In this document: positions 28,587-37,944 of the stretch, piece by piece | Numbering within the stretch: position 1 is the first letter of the stretch | How the letters are laid out: each line of letters begins with the position of its first letter | Assembly: GCA_965372745.1 (NCBI GenBank) | Contig: CBDVDM010000001.1 | Span: 52,330-116,329, forward strand | Reading direction: 5' to 3' | DNA length: 64,000 bases | Source of the DNA: an uncultured bacterium | GTDB lineage: Bacteria; Planctomycetota; Phycisphaerae; Sedimentisphaerales; Anaerobacaceae | Notes under the pieces: generated by a model | Told to the model about the DNA's origin: nothing | The model's input: the letters and a program-made list of their open reading frames with translations, nothing else | The model's database searches: none | Translations under genes and position numbers: made by a program

Positions 28587-29175
28587 TTGTTTTTTGTCCT
28601 AATATAGTTATCGCCATATTACCCCATTTTCTGCGTTCAATTATTTTTAACCGGCCGTAAGAATCCAGCAGTTCTATGGCCTTGTGAGTCCGAACTACGA
28701 CTATTGCCTCAGCAGCCATCCGGTTCGGCAATAAGTTTAATAATCCAGCCAACAATGAATTTTTCCCGACATCCTGGGTTGTCGGGTAGGGCGGGTCGAC
28801 GAAAATTAAATCGTATTTTGACCGGTCAACGCTGAACGGAGCCCCTGTTTGGAATGCGTTTGCACGTATTACTTTTGATTTTTCGGCAAAGTCAGCCTTG
28901 TCGATGTTCTTTTTGAGAATATTGATGATATCAGCCTTTTTTTCGACGAAGGCAGCGAACCTGGCCCCTCGGCTTAAAGCTTCAAGCCCAAGCGAACCCA
29001 CTCCGGAAAAAAGGTCAGCCACCACCTTGTTTTCCGGTAAGTCGTACCTGTAGAGAACACTGAAAAGCGATTCCTTAACGCGGTCGAGGATAGGCCGTGA
29101 GTCCTGTGTTTTTGGACTTAGCAGTTTCATCCCGCGTTTTGAACCAGCTATTATTCGCATGGGGTCAATATACAA
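28576..29175 (-). CDS. rsmD: 16S rRNA (guanine966-N2)-methyltransferase
   Basis: It has the patterns RIIAGSKRGMKL, DLFSGVGSLGLEALSRGA and FVDPPY. Confidence 0.85.
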   Translation of the reverse strand: MYIDPMRIIAGSKRGMKLLSPKTQDSRPILDRVKESLFSVLYRYDLPENKVVADLFSGVGSLGLEALSRGARFAAFVEKKADIINILKKNIDKADFAEKSKVIRANAFQTGAPFSVDRSKYDLIFVDPPYPTTQDVGKNSLLAGLLNLLPNRMAAEAIVVVRTHKAIELLDSYGRLKIIERRKWGNMAITILGQKTNDE

Positions 29176-29230
29176 AAGCAGAGAGATTTTTACTACTTAG
29201 TTTTGAAATAATATCAAAACACCAAACGCT

Positions 29231-29743
29231 CTAAAAAAGATTTTGCATTTGTACTGCGCAGGTTCTGAAATTTTCAGCTGGGAGCGTGACTGTTTTCCAT
29301 TTCGGACTTCTTTGTTTCATGTGTTTTATGTAGTCGTCGAGTTTGATGCAGAAGAAGATGTATTTTCTGTTGTTGTATTCATAGATACGCCTGCCGTCGT
29401 CATCGATATCGGGATTAGCGATATTGTAGGCGAAGACGAACGCTGCCCTGTGCGTCGGACCGAAAATCTCCTGCCATTTGGAAAGACTGTCGATATCGTC
29501 GGTGGAAACCCAGCATTCCAGACCTGTTAATTTTACCAGAGAAGAGCCTTTGAATTTTCGACCCTTTACTTCAGCGACGATGATATTCTCGGATGGGGGA
29601 TAAAGCAGATAATCAAAGCTTTTGACGTTCGAACTGCCAAGAGCTGCACGTTTCTGTTCGTCGACGGCAATGTACTGTACGTGATTATCAATCAGCCAGT
29701 TGCCGAAGGCCTTCTCATAATGGTTGAGATGAAAGTTTTTCAT
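29231..29743 (-). CDS. PD-(D/E)xK-like protein (resembles the HYExAFE family)
   Basis: It has an N-terminal HYEKAFGNWL motif. A putative nuclease-fold core is present (FDYLLY...VAEVKGRK). The family name is recalled from memory and not verified. Confidence 0.45.
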   Translation of the reverse strand: MKNFHLNHYEKAFGNWLIDNHVQYIAVDEQKRAALGSSNVKSFDYLLYPPSENIIVAEVKGRKFKGSSLVKLTGLECWVSTDDIDSLSKWQEIFGPTHRAAFVFAYNIANPDIDDDGRRIYEYNNRKYIFFCIKLDDYIKHMKQRSPKWKTVTLPAENFRTCAVQMQNLF

Positions 29744-29752
29744 TCACCAATT

Positions 29753-31033
29753 TTAAAGCTGACTAAAAAATTTATCTTTATCAATAAGTTTCTGCTCACC
29801 GGTTGTCATATTCTTCACGATAAGTTGGTTTTTCTCAATTTCATCACCAATTATTATACACCGCTTTGCATTAGCTTTAGAAGCGTCTTTTAATTGTTTG
29901 CCGAGCTGTTTGCCTGCATTGTAGCTGAAATTAACACTAAATCCTTTTGTTCGTAGTTTAGCAACTGATTCAACAGCCTTATATTTGTAAACTTCTTTTA
30001 AACAAACAATAAAATAATCTAATTCTCGCTGTTCAGGTTTAAGCAACCCTTTTTCTTCCAGCAGAATTTCGAGTACACAATCACCGATACCAAAACCTGT
30101 AGCTGGTATCTGAGGCCCGCCGAATTGTTTCAGCAGATTATCATATCGCCCGCCGCCGCCAATAGCGCGGAGCTGCGATTGCTTGTCATATATCTCGAAA
30201 ACGATACCGGTATAGTATGCAAGACCCCTGACAATAGTGATGTCAAATTTGCAAAAGTCACCAACCCCCATAGTATCCATCAGTTCGAACAATCGTTTCA
30301 GTTCATCAATAGATTCTTTGGCTTTTTGGGAAAGTTCAACAATATCACTTAGTTGTTCTATAGACTTGGTGGCCATAAGTTGAGTAACTTTTTGGCGAAT
30401 GCCGGCATCTGAAATCTTTTCAGCCAGCATATCCTCGAAAGCCTCATCGCTAACCTTGGCACGTTTATCGAGGACGTAGTAGAGTGGTTCAAGGTCTTTT
30501 TCTTTTATGCCTATTGCCATAAGTAGTTGAGCGAGCATTTTCCTGCTTGATATTTTAACGATAATGTCTTTAGTTGTTAAACCGGCATTCTGTAAATAAT
30601 CTAAAGCACAAAAGATTACTTCAGCGTCAGCCAGTACGTCATCAACTCCGATGATGTCGATGTTCCACTGGAAAAATTCGCGAAGCCGGCCTCTCTGTGG
30701 ACGTTCAGCCCTGCACAGCCTTGGTACTGAAAACCATTTAATCGGCTTTGCCAGTGAGTTTATCTGCTGATTTACCATCCTTGCCAGTGTTGGAGTGATT
30801 TCAGGCCTTATGGCAAGTTCACGCCCGCCTCGGTCGGTGAGACTGAAGAGTTGTTCTGCGATTTCATCGCCGCTTTTTATCTGAAACATCTTGAGATATT
30901 CAAAAATCGGCCCATCGTATTCTTCAAAACCGTTGCGCAGAGAAACAGTTTTCCAGCCGTCGACGATATAGTTTCGAATCGCCATTTCAGCAGGATAAAA
31001 GTCACGAGTACCTTTTACCGGTGGAATCTTCAT
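29753..31033 (-). CDS. hisS: histidine--tRNA ligase
   Basis: It is 426 aa and starts VKGTRDFYP. Class II motifs and a C-terminal anticodon-binding domain are present. Confidence 0.95.
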   Translation of the reverse strand: MKIPPVKGTRDFYPAEMAIRNYIVDGWKTVSLRNGFEEYDGPIFEYLKMFQIKSGDEIAEQLFSLTDRGGRELAIRPEITPTLARMVNQQINSLAKPIKWFSVPRLCRAERPQRGRLREFFQWNIDIIGVDDVLADAEVIFCALDYLQNAGLTTKDIIVKISSRKMLAQLLMAIGIKEKDLEPLYYVLDKRAKVSDEAFEDMLAEKISDAGIRQKVTQLMATKSIEQLSDIVELSQKAKESIDELKRLFELMDTMGVGDFCKFDITIVRGLAYYTGIVFEIYDKQSQLRAIGGGGRYDNLLKQFGGPQIPATGFGIGDCVLEILLEEKGLLKPEQRELDYFIVCLKEVYKYKAVESVAKLRTKGFSVNFSYNAGKQLGKQLKDASKANAKRCIIIGDEIEKNQLIVKNMTTGEQKLIDKDKFFSQL

Positions 31034-31431
31034 TTTCTCTTTCTTTTACCTTTTTTGGTTTTTTTCTTTTCGGTTTTATTGTTCCCAAATTTAATCTTTA
31101 TGTACTCTTCCATTTGCTTATCGTTTACAAAGTGCAGTTCATAGTCGTATTCGCCCTCGACGAGGTCACAGTCAGCGGTTTTATAGCCTCGACAGATTTT
31201 TGGCCTGTTGTTGTATATTTTGCACGTGTAATCTTTTTCAGACAGGTGCCTGCAGTTGTTTTTTACGTTTAAGTACCAGTCGCCGTCTTCGACGAAGACG
31301 GTAACATTCTTATGGCAGAGATACCATCTGATATCATCGTAGTCTCCCTTATCTTCCGGTGTCTCGATGGGCAGTGCGAAATATCTGCAGCACAGGCCGG
31401 TACATTTTGTACAATCAATTTTCTTAGCCAT
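31030..31431 (-). CDS. YkgJ-family cysteine-cluster protein with lysine-rich tail
   Basis: It has CTKCTGLCCRY...C...C motifs. The C-terminal tail is NNKTEKKKTKKGKRKRK. It overlaps hisS by 4 nt. Confidence 0.7.
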   Translation of the reverse strand: MAKKIDCTKCTGLCCRYFALPIETPEDKGDYDDIRWYLCHKNVTVFVEDGDWYLNVKNNCRHLSEKDYTCKIYNNRPKICRGYKTADCDLVEGEYDYELHFVNDKQMEEYIKIKFGNNKTEKKKTKKGKRKRK

Positions 31432-31608
31432 TAACGAAATCTCCAGTCAATTAAATCTGTTGCACGCTTAACTTTGATTGTATAATACGGTATCAGGTAT
31501 TTATCGTCAAGAAATGTAAAAGAACCACGCTTGATATTGACTAAATTGCGGTGAGATGGTAAAAGTGCGTAACACTTGGTTAATATAGTGAAGAAGTCAA
31601 GGTGAGTT

Positions 31609-32931
31609 ATGGTTAAAAATAGAATAAAGATTGGGCTGGTAGGATTTGGCATTGTAGGCAGCGGCGTTGCCAGGATAATTCTTGAACGGGCTGATTCTAT
31701 AGCGGAAAAGACAGGGGTGCGTTTGGAATTAGCTTGTGTGGTTGATTTGGATACGACGAGCGAAAGGCCGGTCAAGCTGCCTGAGGGGCTGTTGACCGAT
31801 GATTTGGATAAGCTGTTAAGCGATGAGAGTATTACTGTCGCGGTCGAACTTGTCGGTGGAACCGACGTGGCAAAGGATATCCAGCTTAAAATGCTCAGGG
31901 CAGGCAAGGATGTTGTGACCGCCAACAAGGCCCTATTGGCTAAATTCGGAAACCAGCTATACAGGGCGGCAGCAGAGAGCGGCAGGTGTATTGCGTTTGA
32001 GGCCAGTTGTGCCGGCGGGATACCGATAATATCAGCAATTCGCACCGGATTAGCTGCTAATAATATCGAGGCAATGTACGGGATTGTTAACGGGACATGC
32101 AACTATATCCTTTCAAATATGACGGCTAACAACCAGGAATTTAGTGAGGCACTAAACAAAGCACAGCAGTTGGGATTTGCAGAGGCCGACCCATCGCTCG
32201 ATATTAACGGCGGTGACAGTGCACATAAACTTGTGATATTAAGTTCGATAGGCTTTGGATATGAGATAAAATTAGAGGACGTTTACGTTGAGGGGATAGA
32301 AGGAGTATCGAAGGACGATATTCGTTACGGCGGAGAGATGGGCTATGTTTTGAAGTTGCTGGCGATTGGCCGCAGAGAGGAAAATGGCAGGATATCACTT
32401 AGGGTGCATCCGTCGTTTATAGCTGATGATACATCGCTTGCGAGAGTTAATGGTTCGTTTAACGCTATAAGTGTGTTCGGTGATGCGGTCGGTGAGGTTT
32501 TGTATTACGGCAGAGGTGCCGGTATGATGCCAACGGCCAGCGCGGTAGTGGCCGATATTATTGATGTTGCGCTGGGTAATTCTGCAACAACGTTTAAACA
32601 TTTGAATCTGAAGCCGAGAGAGGAAACTGAAAAAATAATTGAGAAAATTGATAACCTCGTGATTAGGTTCTATGTAAGGCTGATGGTGAAGGACCAACCA
32701 GGGGTCTTTGCTCAGATTGGGAAAATTTTGTCTGAAAACGAGATAAGCATATCAGGAATACTTCAGCATGAAGGGCTTGGGCCTGATAACACGGTACCGA
32801 TTGTCATAACGACACATCCGACTCAGCAGAGCAGGATAAGTGCAGCGGTTAAGAGTTTGAACAGTTTGGAAACGGTATGCAGTGAGCCTGTTTGTATTCG
32901 GATAATCAATATACCGGAGGACAAGGATTAG
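31609..32931 (+). CDS. hom: homoserine dehydrogenase
   Basis: It has an N-terminal GLVGFGIVGSGV Rossmann fold, a catalytic domain and a C-terminal ACT domain. An AAGGTGAG RBS is present. Confidence 0.9.
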   Translation: MVKNRIKIGLVGFGIVGSGVARIILERADSIAEKTGVRLELACVVDLDTTSERPVKLPEGLLTDDLDKLLSDESITVAVELVGGTDVAKDIQLKMLRAGKDVVTANKALLAKFGNQLYRAAAESGRCIAFEASCAGGIPIISAIRTGLAANNIEAMYGIVNGTCNYILSNMTANNQEFSEALNKAQQLGFAEADPSLDINGGDSAHKLVILSSIGFGYEIKLEDVYVEGIEGVSKDDIRYGGEMGYVLKLLAIGRREENGRISLRVHPSFIADDTSLARVNGSFNAISVFGDAVGEVLYYGRGAGMMPTASAVVADIIDVALGNSATTFKHLNLKPREETEKIIEKIDNLVIRFYVRLMVKDQPGVFAQIGKILSENEISISGILQHEGLGPDNTVPIVITTHPTQQSRISAAVKSLNSLETVCSEPVCIRIINIPEDKD

Positions 32932-34118
32932 TGGCTAAATATGTAATAATAGTTCCTGATGGCGCAGCGGATGAGCCGCTGGAAGAATTTGGCGGACAGA
33001 CCGTTCTGGAAGCAGCTGAGATACCGAATATGGACAGAGTCAGCCGTGAAGGCAGACAGGGATTGGTGCGGACGATTCCGAAGGGGATGGAGCCTGGAAG
33101 CGATGTTGCTCAGATGAGTCTTCTGGGTTATGACCCTTTGAGATATTATACAGGCAGAGCGCCAATAGAGGCAGTTGCCATGAACATTAAGCTTGACGCT
33201 GAAGACTGGGTATTCAGGTGTAATCTCGTTACTATAGTTGACGGAAAGATGGAAGACCACAGTGCCGGGCACATAAGCACCGAGGAAGGGACGAAGCTGA
33301 TAAAGGAGTTGAATGAACAGCTTGGCAATAATGAGATGCGTTTTTATCCGGGTGTCAGTTACAGGCATTTGCTTGTGTTTAAAGGTGCCCAGTTTGATGT
33401 TCAGACTTATCCGCCGCACGATTATATAGGCACAGCGTTCGAGAAAATACTGCCTCGCGGTAAAGGTGCCGAGCAGTTAATCGATTTGATGGCACGCTCG
33501 CAGCAGATATTTGTCGGTCATGATATAAATAAGGTCAGGCAGGACCTCGGAGAGAGCCAGGCAAGCTCGATATGGCTTTGGGGCCAGGGCAGGCGTGCCA
33601 AAATGGCCGGCTTCGAAAAACAGTTCGGTTTGAAAGGAGCTGCCATAACCGCAGTTGATTTGGTGAGGGGACTGGCCAAACTTATAGGATTTGATTTGAT
33701 AAATGTTGAAGGTGCAACCGGTTTTGTTGATACCAATTACGAGGGCAAGGCAGCAGCAGCCATAGAGGCATTGGAGAAATACGATATTGTATTTGTTCAT
33801 ATAGAGGCGCCTGACGAAGCAGGTCACAGCGGTAATGCGGAACTGAAGAAAAAGGCAGTCGAGCAGATTGATAAATATATCGTCGGGCCGGTATTTGAGG
33901 CATTACAGAAATACGATAACTGGAACATGCTTGTGGCACCTGACCATCCAACGCCGATTCGCACTTGTGCACATTCGGATGAGCCGGTACCATTTGCGAT
34001 GGCAGGAACCGGCATTACAGGCATTTTAAATGCAAACTTCAGTGAAGCTAATGCCGAGAAATCAGGCTTTCGAATTGAAAACGGTTTTGAACTTATGGAA
34101 TACTTTTTGAAAACTTGA
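32931..34118 (+). CDS. cofactor-independent phosphoglycerate mutase-like metalloenzyme (archaeal ApgM type)
   Basis: The GTG start at 32931 overlaps the hom stop by 1 nt (TAGTG). The product starts VAKYVIIVPDGAADEP. Alkaline-phosphatase-superfamily metal ligands are present (VFVHIEAPDEAGH, APDHPTP). Confidence 0.8.
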   Translation: MAKYVIIVPDGAADEPLEEFGGQTVLEAAEIPNMDRVSREGRQGLVRTIPKGMEPGSDVAQMSLLGYDPLRYYTGRAPIEAVAMNIKLDAEDWVFRCNLVTIVDGKMEDHSAGHISTEEGTKLIKELNEQLGNNEMRFYPGVSYRHLLVFKGAQFDVQTYPPHDYIGTAFEKILPRGKGAEQLIDLMARSQQIFVGHDINKVRQDLGESQASSIWLWGQGRRAKMAGFEKQFGLKGAAITAVDLVRGLAKLIGFDLINVEGATGFVDTNYEGKAAAAIEALEKYDIVFVHIEAPDEAGHSGNAELKKKAVEQIDKYIVGPVFEALQKYDNWNMLVAPDHPTPIRTCAHSDEPVPFAMAGTGITGILNANFSEANAEKSGFRIENGFELMEYFLKT

Positions 34119-34132
34119 GCAGAGTTTAACTT

Positions 34133-35368
34133 ATGAAAATAATAGTACAAAAGTTTGGCGGCACCAGTATAGCGAGTGCAAAAAAGATTAAACGGGCAGC
34201 CCAGCGTGTGATTAAAGCGGTTGAAGATGGATATAAGGTTGTAGTAGTGGCGTCAGCTCGCGGAAAGCAGACCGATGAATTGGTAGCTGATGCGCGCCGG
34301 TTAAATCCAAACCCGCCGGCCAGAGAGATGGACCAGCTTTTAAGTACGGGAGAGATACAAACTGTTGCATTGTTTGCGATGGCACTTGAGCATATGGGTT
34401 ACAATGCGATAAGTTTTACCGGCGGCCAGATACAAATGGTAACCGATAGTGTCCATTCGAAGGCAAGGATTAAAAGTATTGATACGATGCGTATGAAGCA
34501 GGAGCTTGAAAATGGAAAAATAGTACTGGTTGCCGGTTTTCAGGGAGTTGACGATGATGGTAATATAACGACTCTTGGTAGAGGCGGTTCTGATACCAGT
34601 GCGGTGGCTTTAGCGGCGGCACTGGAGGCAGATAAATGTGAAATTTATACCGACGTTGATGGTATTTATACGACTGACCCCCGGATATTTAAGAGCGCGG
34701 TGAAAGTGGACCAGATAAGTTATGACGAGATGCTTGAGCTGGCAAGTTTGGGAGCTGGAGTGATGCATGGCAGGGCAATTGAATTTGGTAAAAAATATAA
34801 TGTTAAGATTCATGTACGTAGCAGTACTAACGAAATTAATGGTACATTAATTACACACGAGGTGCCACAAATGGAAGAAGTATTGGTTTCCGGTGCAACG
34901 ATGCAAAGGGATATGGCAAAGATAGGGCTTGTCGGGGTGCCTAATAAGCCCGGTAACGCAGCGAAGGTATTCGCACATCTGGCGCAAGCCAAGGTGATAG
35001 TGGGCGATATTGTGCAGACGGAAGTAAGTAAAGAGAAGGCGAACCTGTCTTTTACTACAGGAACATCTGATTTGGCAACGGCGAAAAAAGTGGTTGAAGA
35101 AATTAAAGAAGACTTGAAGTGCGATAGTATTTTTGTCCGTGATGACATTGCCGAGATTTCGGTAGTCGGCGTTGGGATGAGGAGTCACTATGGAGTGGCT
35201 GAGAAACTGTTTGGTGCTTTGTCGAAAGCGGAAGTGAACATTGATTCAATTACGACCAGTGAAATCAGGATAAGCTGTATAGTTGATGAGCATCAGGCAG
35301 ACAAGGCGTTAGAGGCTGTGTGTATTGCATTCGAGCTGGACAAGCGGGCAGAAGAGCGAACAAAGTAA
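34133..35368 (+). CDS. lysC: aspartate kinase
   Basis: The product starts MKIIVQKFGGTSIAS. It has a kinase domain plus tandem ACT domains. Confidence 0.9.
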   Translation: MKIIVQKFGGTSIASAKKIKRAAQRVIKAVEDGYKVVVVASARGKQTDELVADARRLNPNPPAREMDQLLSTGEIQTVALFAMALEHMGYNAISFTGGQIQMVTDSVHSKARIKSIDTMRMKQELENGKIVLVAGFQGVDDDGNITTLGRGGSDTSAVALAAALEADKCEIYTDVDGIYTTDPRIFKSAVKVDQISYDEMLELASLGAGVMHGRAIEFGKKYNVKIHVRSSTNEINGTLITHEVPQMEEVLVSGATMQRDMAKIGLVGVPNKPGNAAKVFAHLAQAKVIVGDIVQTEVSKEKANLSFTTGTSDLATAKKVVEEIKEDLKCDSIFVRDDIAEISVVGVGMRSHYGVAEKLFGALSKAEVNIDSITTSEIRISCIVDEHQADKALEAVCIAFELDKRAEERTK

Positions 35369-35409
35369 CCAATCAGGTGACCGGCAAAGACAAAAAAACT
35401 GTATATGCC

Positions 35410-36042
35410 ATGAGCAGACGCAGACGCTTTGTAGTATTTAGCATTTGCATTGCGTTTGTAGTAGTAGCTGTCTGGGTTGATAGAAACTTTTATAGACATG
35501 TCATAAAAGACAAACCCAAAGAGCAAGATAAAGAGCAAATCAAATCTTATGACTTTGAAAAATATCATCGCAGGGTTTTTACGGTAGTAAATGTTGTAGA
35601 TGGTGACACTATCGATATAGATATTCCTGACGGTGAGTACGAAAAAACCAGGATAAGGCTTTGGGGTGTAGATACGCCGGAAACTAAAAGCAGCAGGTAT
35701 GGCGTCATGTATTACGGGCCGCAGGCTTCTGAATTTGCCGCTGAACTTGTGCTGGGCAGGAAAGTTACTATCTATCTCGAACAGAGACGTACACGAGGTA
35801 AATACAAAAGATTATTGGCTTATGTGCAGCTTGAAAGCCGAAGATATTTGAATGAAGTTTTAATACAACAAGGTTATGGTTATGCAGATACGCGATTTCG
35901 GCATAGTTTATATAATAAGTACAAGCAGCTCGAATCAGTAGCCCGCAGAAATAAAATGGGGTTGTGGGCAGAGGTTAAACCGCAGCAGATGCCGGAATGG
36001 AAAAGAAAATCAAATATCCGCAACGGCACCGGGAAACGTTAG
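35410..36042 (+). CDS. membrane-anchored thermonuclease (SNase family)
   Basis: I prefer the internal ATG at 35410 (MSRRRRFVVFSICIAFVVVAV TM anchor), because the tracked start at 35320 overlaps lysC. The SNase motifs are VVDGDTIDI and RLWGVDTPE. Confidence 0.75.
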   Translation: MSRRRRFVVFSICIAFVVVAVWVDRNFYRHVIKDKPKEQDKEQIKSYDFEKYHRRVFTVVNVVDGDTIDIDIPDGEYEKTRIRLWGVDTPETKSSRYGVMYYGPQASEFAAELVLGRKVTIYLEQRRTRGKYKRLLAYVQLESRRYLNEVLIQQGYGYADTRFRHSLYNKYKQLESVARRNKMGLWAEVKPQQMPEWKRKSNIRNGTGKR

Positions 36043-36058
36043 TAAAAAATATCCGACC

Positions 36059-37930
36059 TTATCCTTCCTGTTCCGTCAAATCGTACGTTATGCTGTAAAC
36101 TTCGCCGTCAAATTTAGTTTTGACCTTGTAGCCGGAGTTGTGAAAAATAGCCAGCATAGACTTATTGGTTGGTAAAACTTTGGCATAGAAACATTTTACC
36201 TTACGTTGCCTGGCAATCTTCGTAAGATAATCAAGAAGAAAAGTGCCCATTCCTTTTTTTTGCCATTCGTCTTGAACCAGGAATGCAACTTCAGCGGCTT
36301 GAGTTTTAGGGTCGAGGTAGTATTGAGCAATAGCAACAACCTGTTCACCGGAGACACCTGGAACCGTACCGACAATAGAAATATCCTGGGTGTAATTGAT
36401 GTTGGTTAACTGCTGGACGTCCTTATGTGGAAATGTCAATGTCTGCGCCATATATCGGGTTCGGACAGACGTCGAACTCAGCGAATACAGCATTTCAGAC
36501 AATGCTGCTTCATCGGTAGGTTTAACGGGCCTGAAGAATATCTCCGTACCGTCACGCAGGGTGTCATAGCGTTCCAGTTCTTCCGGATACGTAACTTTTT
36601 CGGTATCCAGTTCGATTTGGTCGGCATAGACATAATTCTGAGCTTTTGCAGCTTGAATCAGTTGGGTTCTGAATTTCGGATGTGCGATGTTAATTAGTGC
36701 TAACACACGTTCTCTGATACTTTTACCGTGTAAGTATGCAGTACCGTATTCGGTAACTACATAGTGTACATCTCCGCGTGTTGTAACCACTCCTGCACCC
36801 TCAGTCAAGTGTGGCACAATTCTACTGATTGTATCATCTTTTGCCGTTGATGGCATTGCGATAATAGCTTTACCGCCTCTGCTTCTGGCAGCACCGCGAA
36901 TAAAATCGACCTGTCCGCCGATACCGCTGTAGAATCGATAGCCTAATGAATCGGCACAGACCTGCCCTGTTAAATCAATTTCCAGCCCAACGTTAATCCC
37001 AACCATTTTTTCGTGCTGGCTTATAATTGCAAGGTCATTAACATACTCGGTGGGATAAAATTCAAAGAATGGGTTGTTGTCGATATAGTCATATAGCCTC
37101 CGTGTTCCCATACAGAAACTTGCTACGATTTTACCGCGATTGAGGGTCTTTTTTGAACAGGTAATTGCACCGCACTCAATCAGGTCGATAATCCAGTCTC
37201 CGAACATTTCGGTATGAATACCGAGGTCTTTTTTGTCTTTTAAAAATTCAGCTAAGGCCTGAGGAATACGGCCTATACCGCACTCGATAGTACTGCCGTC
37301 TTCGACAAGCCTGGCGATATTTTGGCCGATACGACGCAGGGTTTCATCAGGTTCAGGTATTGACGTTTCAATAATATCTTCATCAAGTGGCACCAGGGCA
37401 TCAATATCGTTGACATGAATAAAACTATCACCGAACGTTCTTGGCATCTTACTGTTAACCTGGGCGATAACATATCTGGCGTTTGCCGTTGCGGATTTAA
37501 CGATATCCACCGAGACACCAAGGCTGCACAACCCGCTCGCATCCGGAGGTGATACAGCTATTAAGGCTATATCGACTGGAATTCTGCCCATTTCGAACTC
37601 ACGAGGTATCTCAGACAGAAATATCGGAGTATAATCGCCGATACCTTTGTTCAATGCGTCGCGAACGTTGTCGGCAATGAAAAAACTGTTCATCTTGAAT
37701 TTTTCACTGAACTTTTCATGAGTATAAGGCGCGGTCCCCATCGTTAGCAGGTGAACAATGTGAGCATCGTAAATATGACTGGAATGTTTGACTAAAGCCT
37801 CTACAAGATGTTGAGGCTGACCGCAGCCTGTACCTATAAAGATACTATCACCGGACTTGACTAATTTCATAGCCACACCGGCGGTGTTTATTTTGTCTTT
37901 ATATTTTTCTTTCCAGTCGAATTTTTGCAT
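36059..37930 (-). CDS. acetyl-CoA hydrolase/transferase-family domain fused to C-terminal GNAT acetyltransferase
   Basis: The N-terminal ~450 aa are CoA-transferase-like. The C-terminal ~150 aa are GNAT (VAIAQYYLDPKTQAAEVAFLVQDEWQKKGMGTFLL). Confidence 0.75.
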   Translation of the reverse strand: MQKFDWKEKYKDKINTAGVAMKLVKSGDSIFIGTGCGQPQHLVEALVKHSSHIYDAHIVHLLTMGTAPYTHEKFSEKFKMNSFFIADNVRDALNKGIGDYTPIFLSEIPREFEMGRIPVDIALIAVSPPDASGLCSLGVSVDIVKSATANARYVIAQVNSKMPRTFGDSFIHVNDIDALVPLDEDIIETSIPEPDETLRRIGQNIARLVEDGSTIECGIGRIPQALAEFLKDKKDLGIHTEMFGDWIIDLIECGAITCSKKTLNRGKIVASFCMGTRRLYDYIDNNPFFEFYPTEYVNDLAIISQHEKMVGINVGLEIDLTGQVCADSLGYRFYSGIGGQVDFIRGAARSRGGKAIIAMPSTAKDDTISRIVPHLTEGAGVVTTRGDVHYVVTEYGTAYLHGKSIRERVLALINIAHPKFRTQLIQAAKAQNYVYADQIELDTEKVTYPEELERYDTLRDGTEIFFRPVKPTDEAALSEMLYSLSSTSVRTRYMAQTLTFPHKDVQQLTNINYTQDISIVGTVPGVSGEQVVAIAQYYLDPKTQAAEVAFLVQDEWQKKGMGTFLLDYLTKIARQRKVKCFYAKVLPTNKSMLAIFHNSGYKVKTKFDGEVYSITYDLTEQEG

Positions 37931-37944
37931 ATCTGTTCTCTATG

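Noticed and set aside
31431-32102. 223-aa minus-strand ORF overlapping the start of hom.
   Set aside because: About 74% of it (494 of 672 nt) lies antisense to homoserine dehydrogenase, which has strong family motifs and an RBS. The translation is low-complexity (S/A/L/P/T-rich) and has no start context. It is a typical shadow ORF.
32892-32930. Tracked upstream start of the PGM-like ORF (40-nt overlap with hom).
   Set aside because: The extension (MYSDNQYTGGQGL) is not part of the family's conserved N-terminus (..KYVIIVPDGAADEP). The GTG at 32931 gives classic stop/start coupling.
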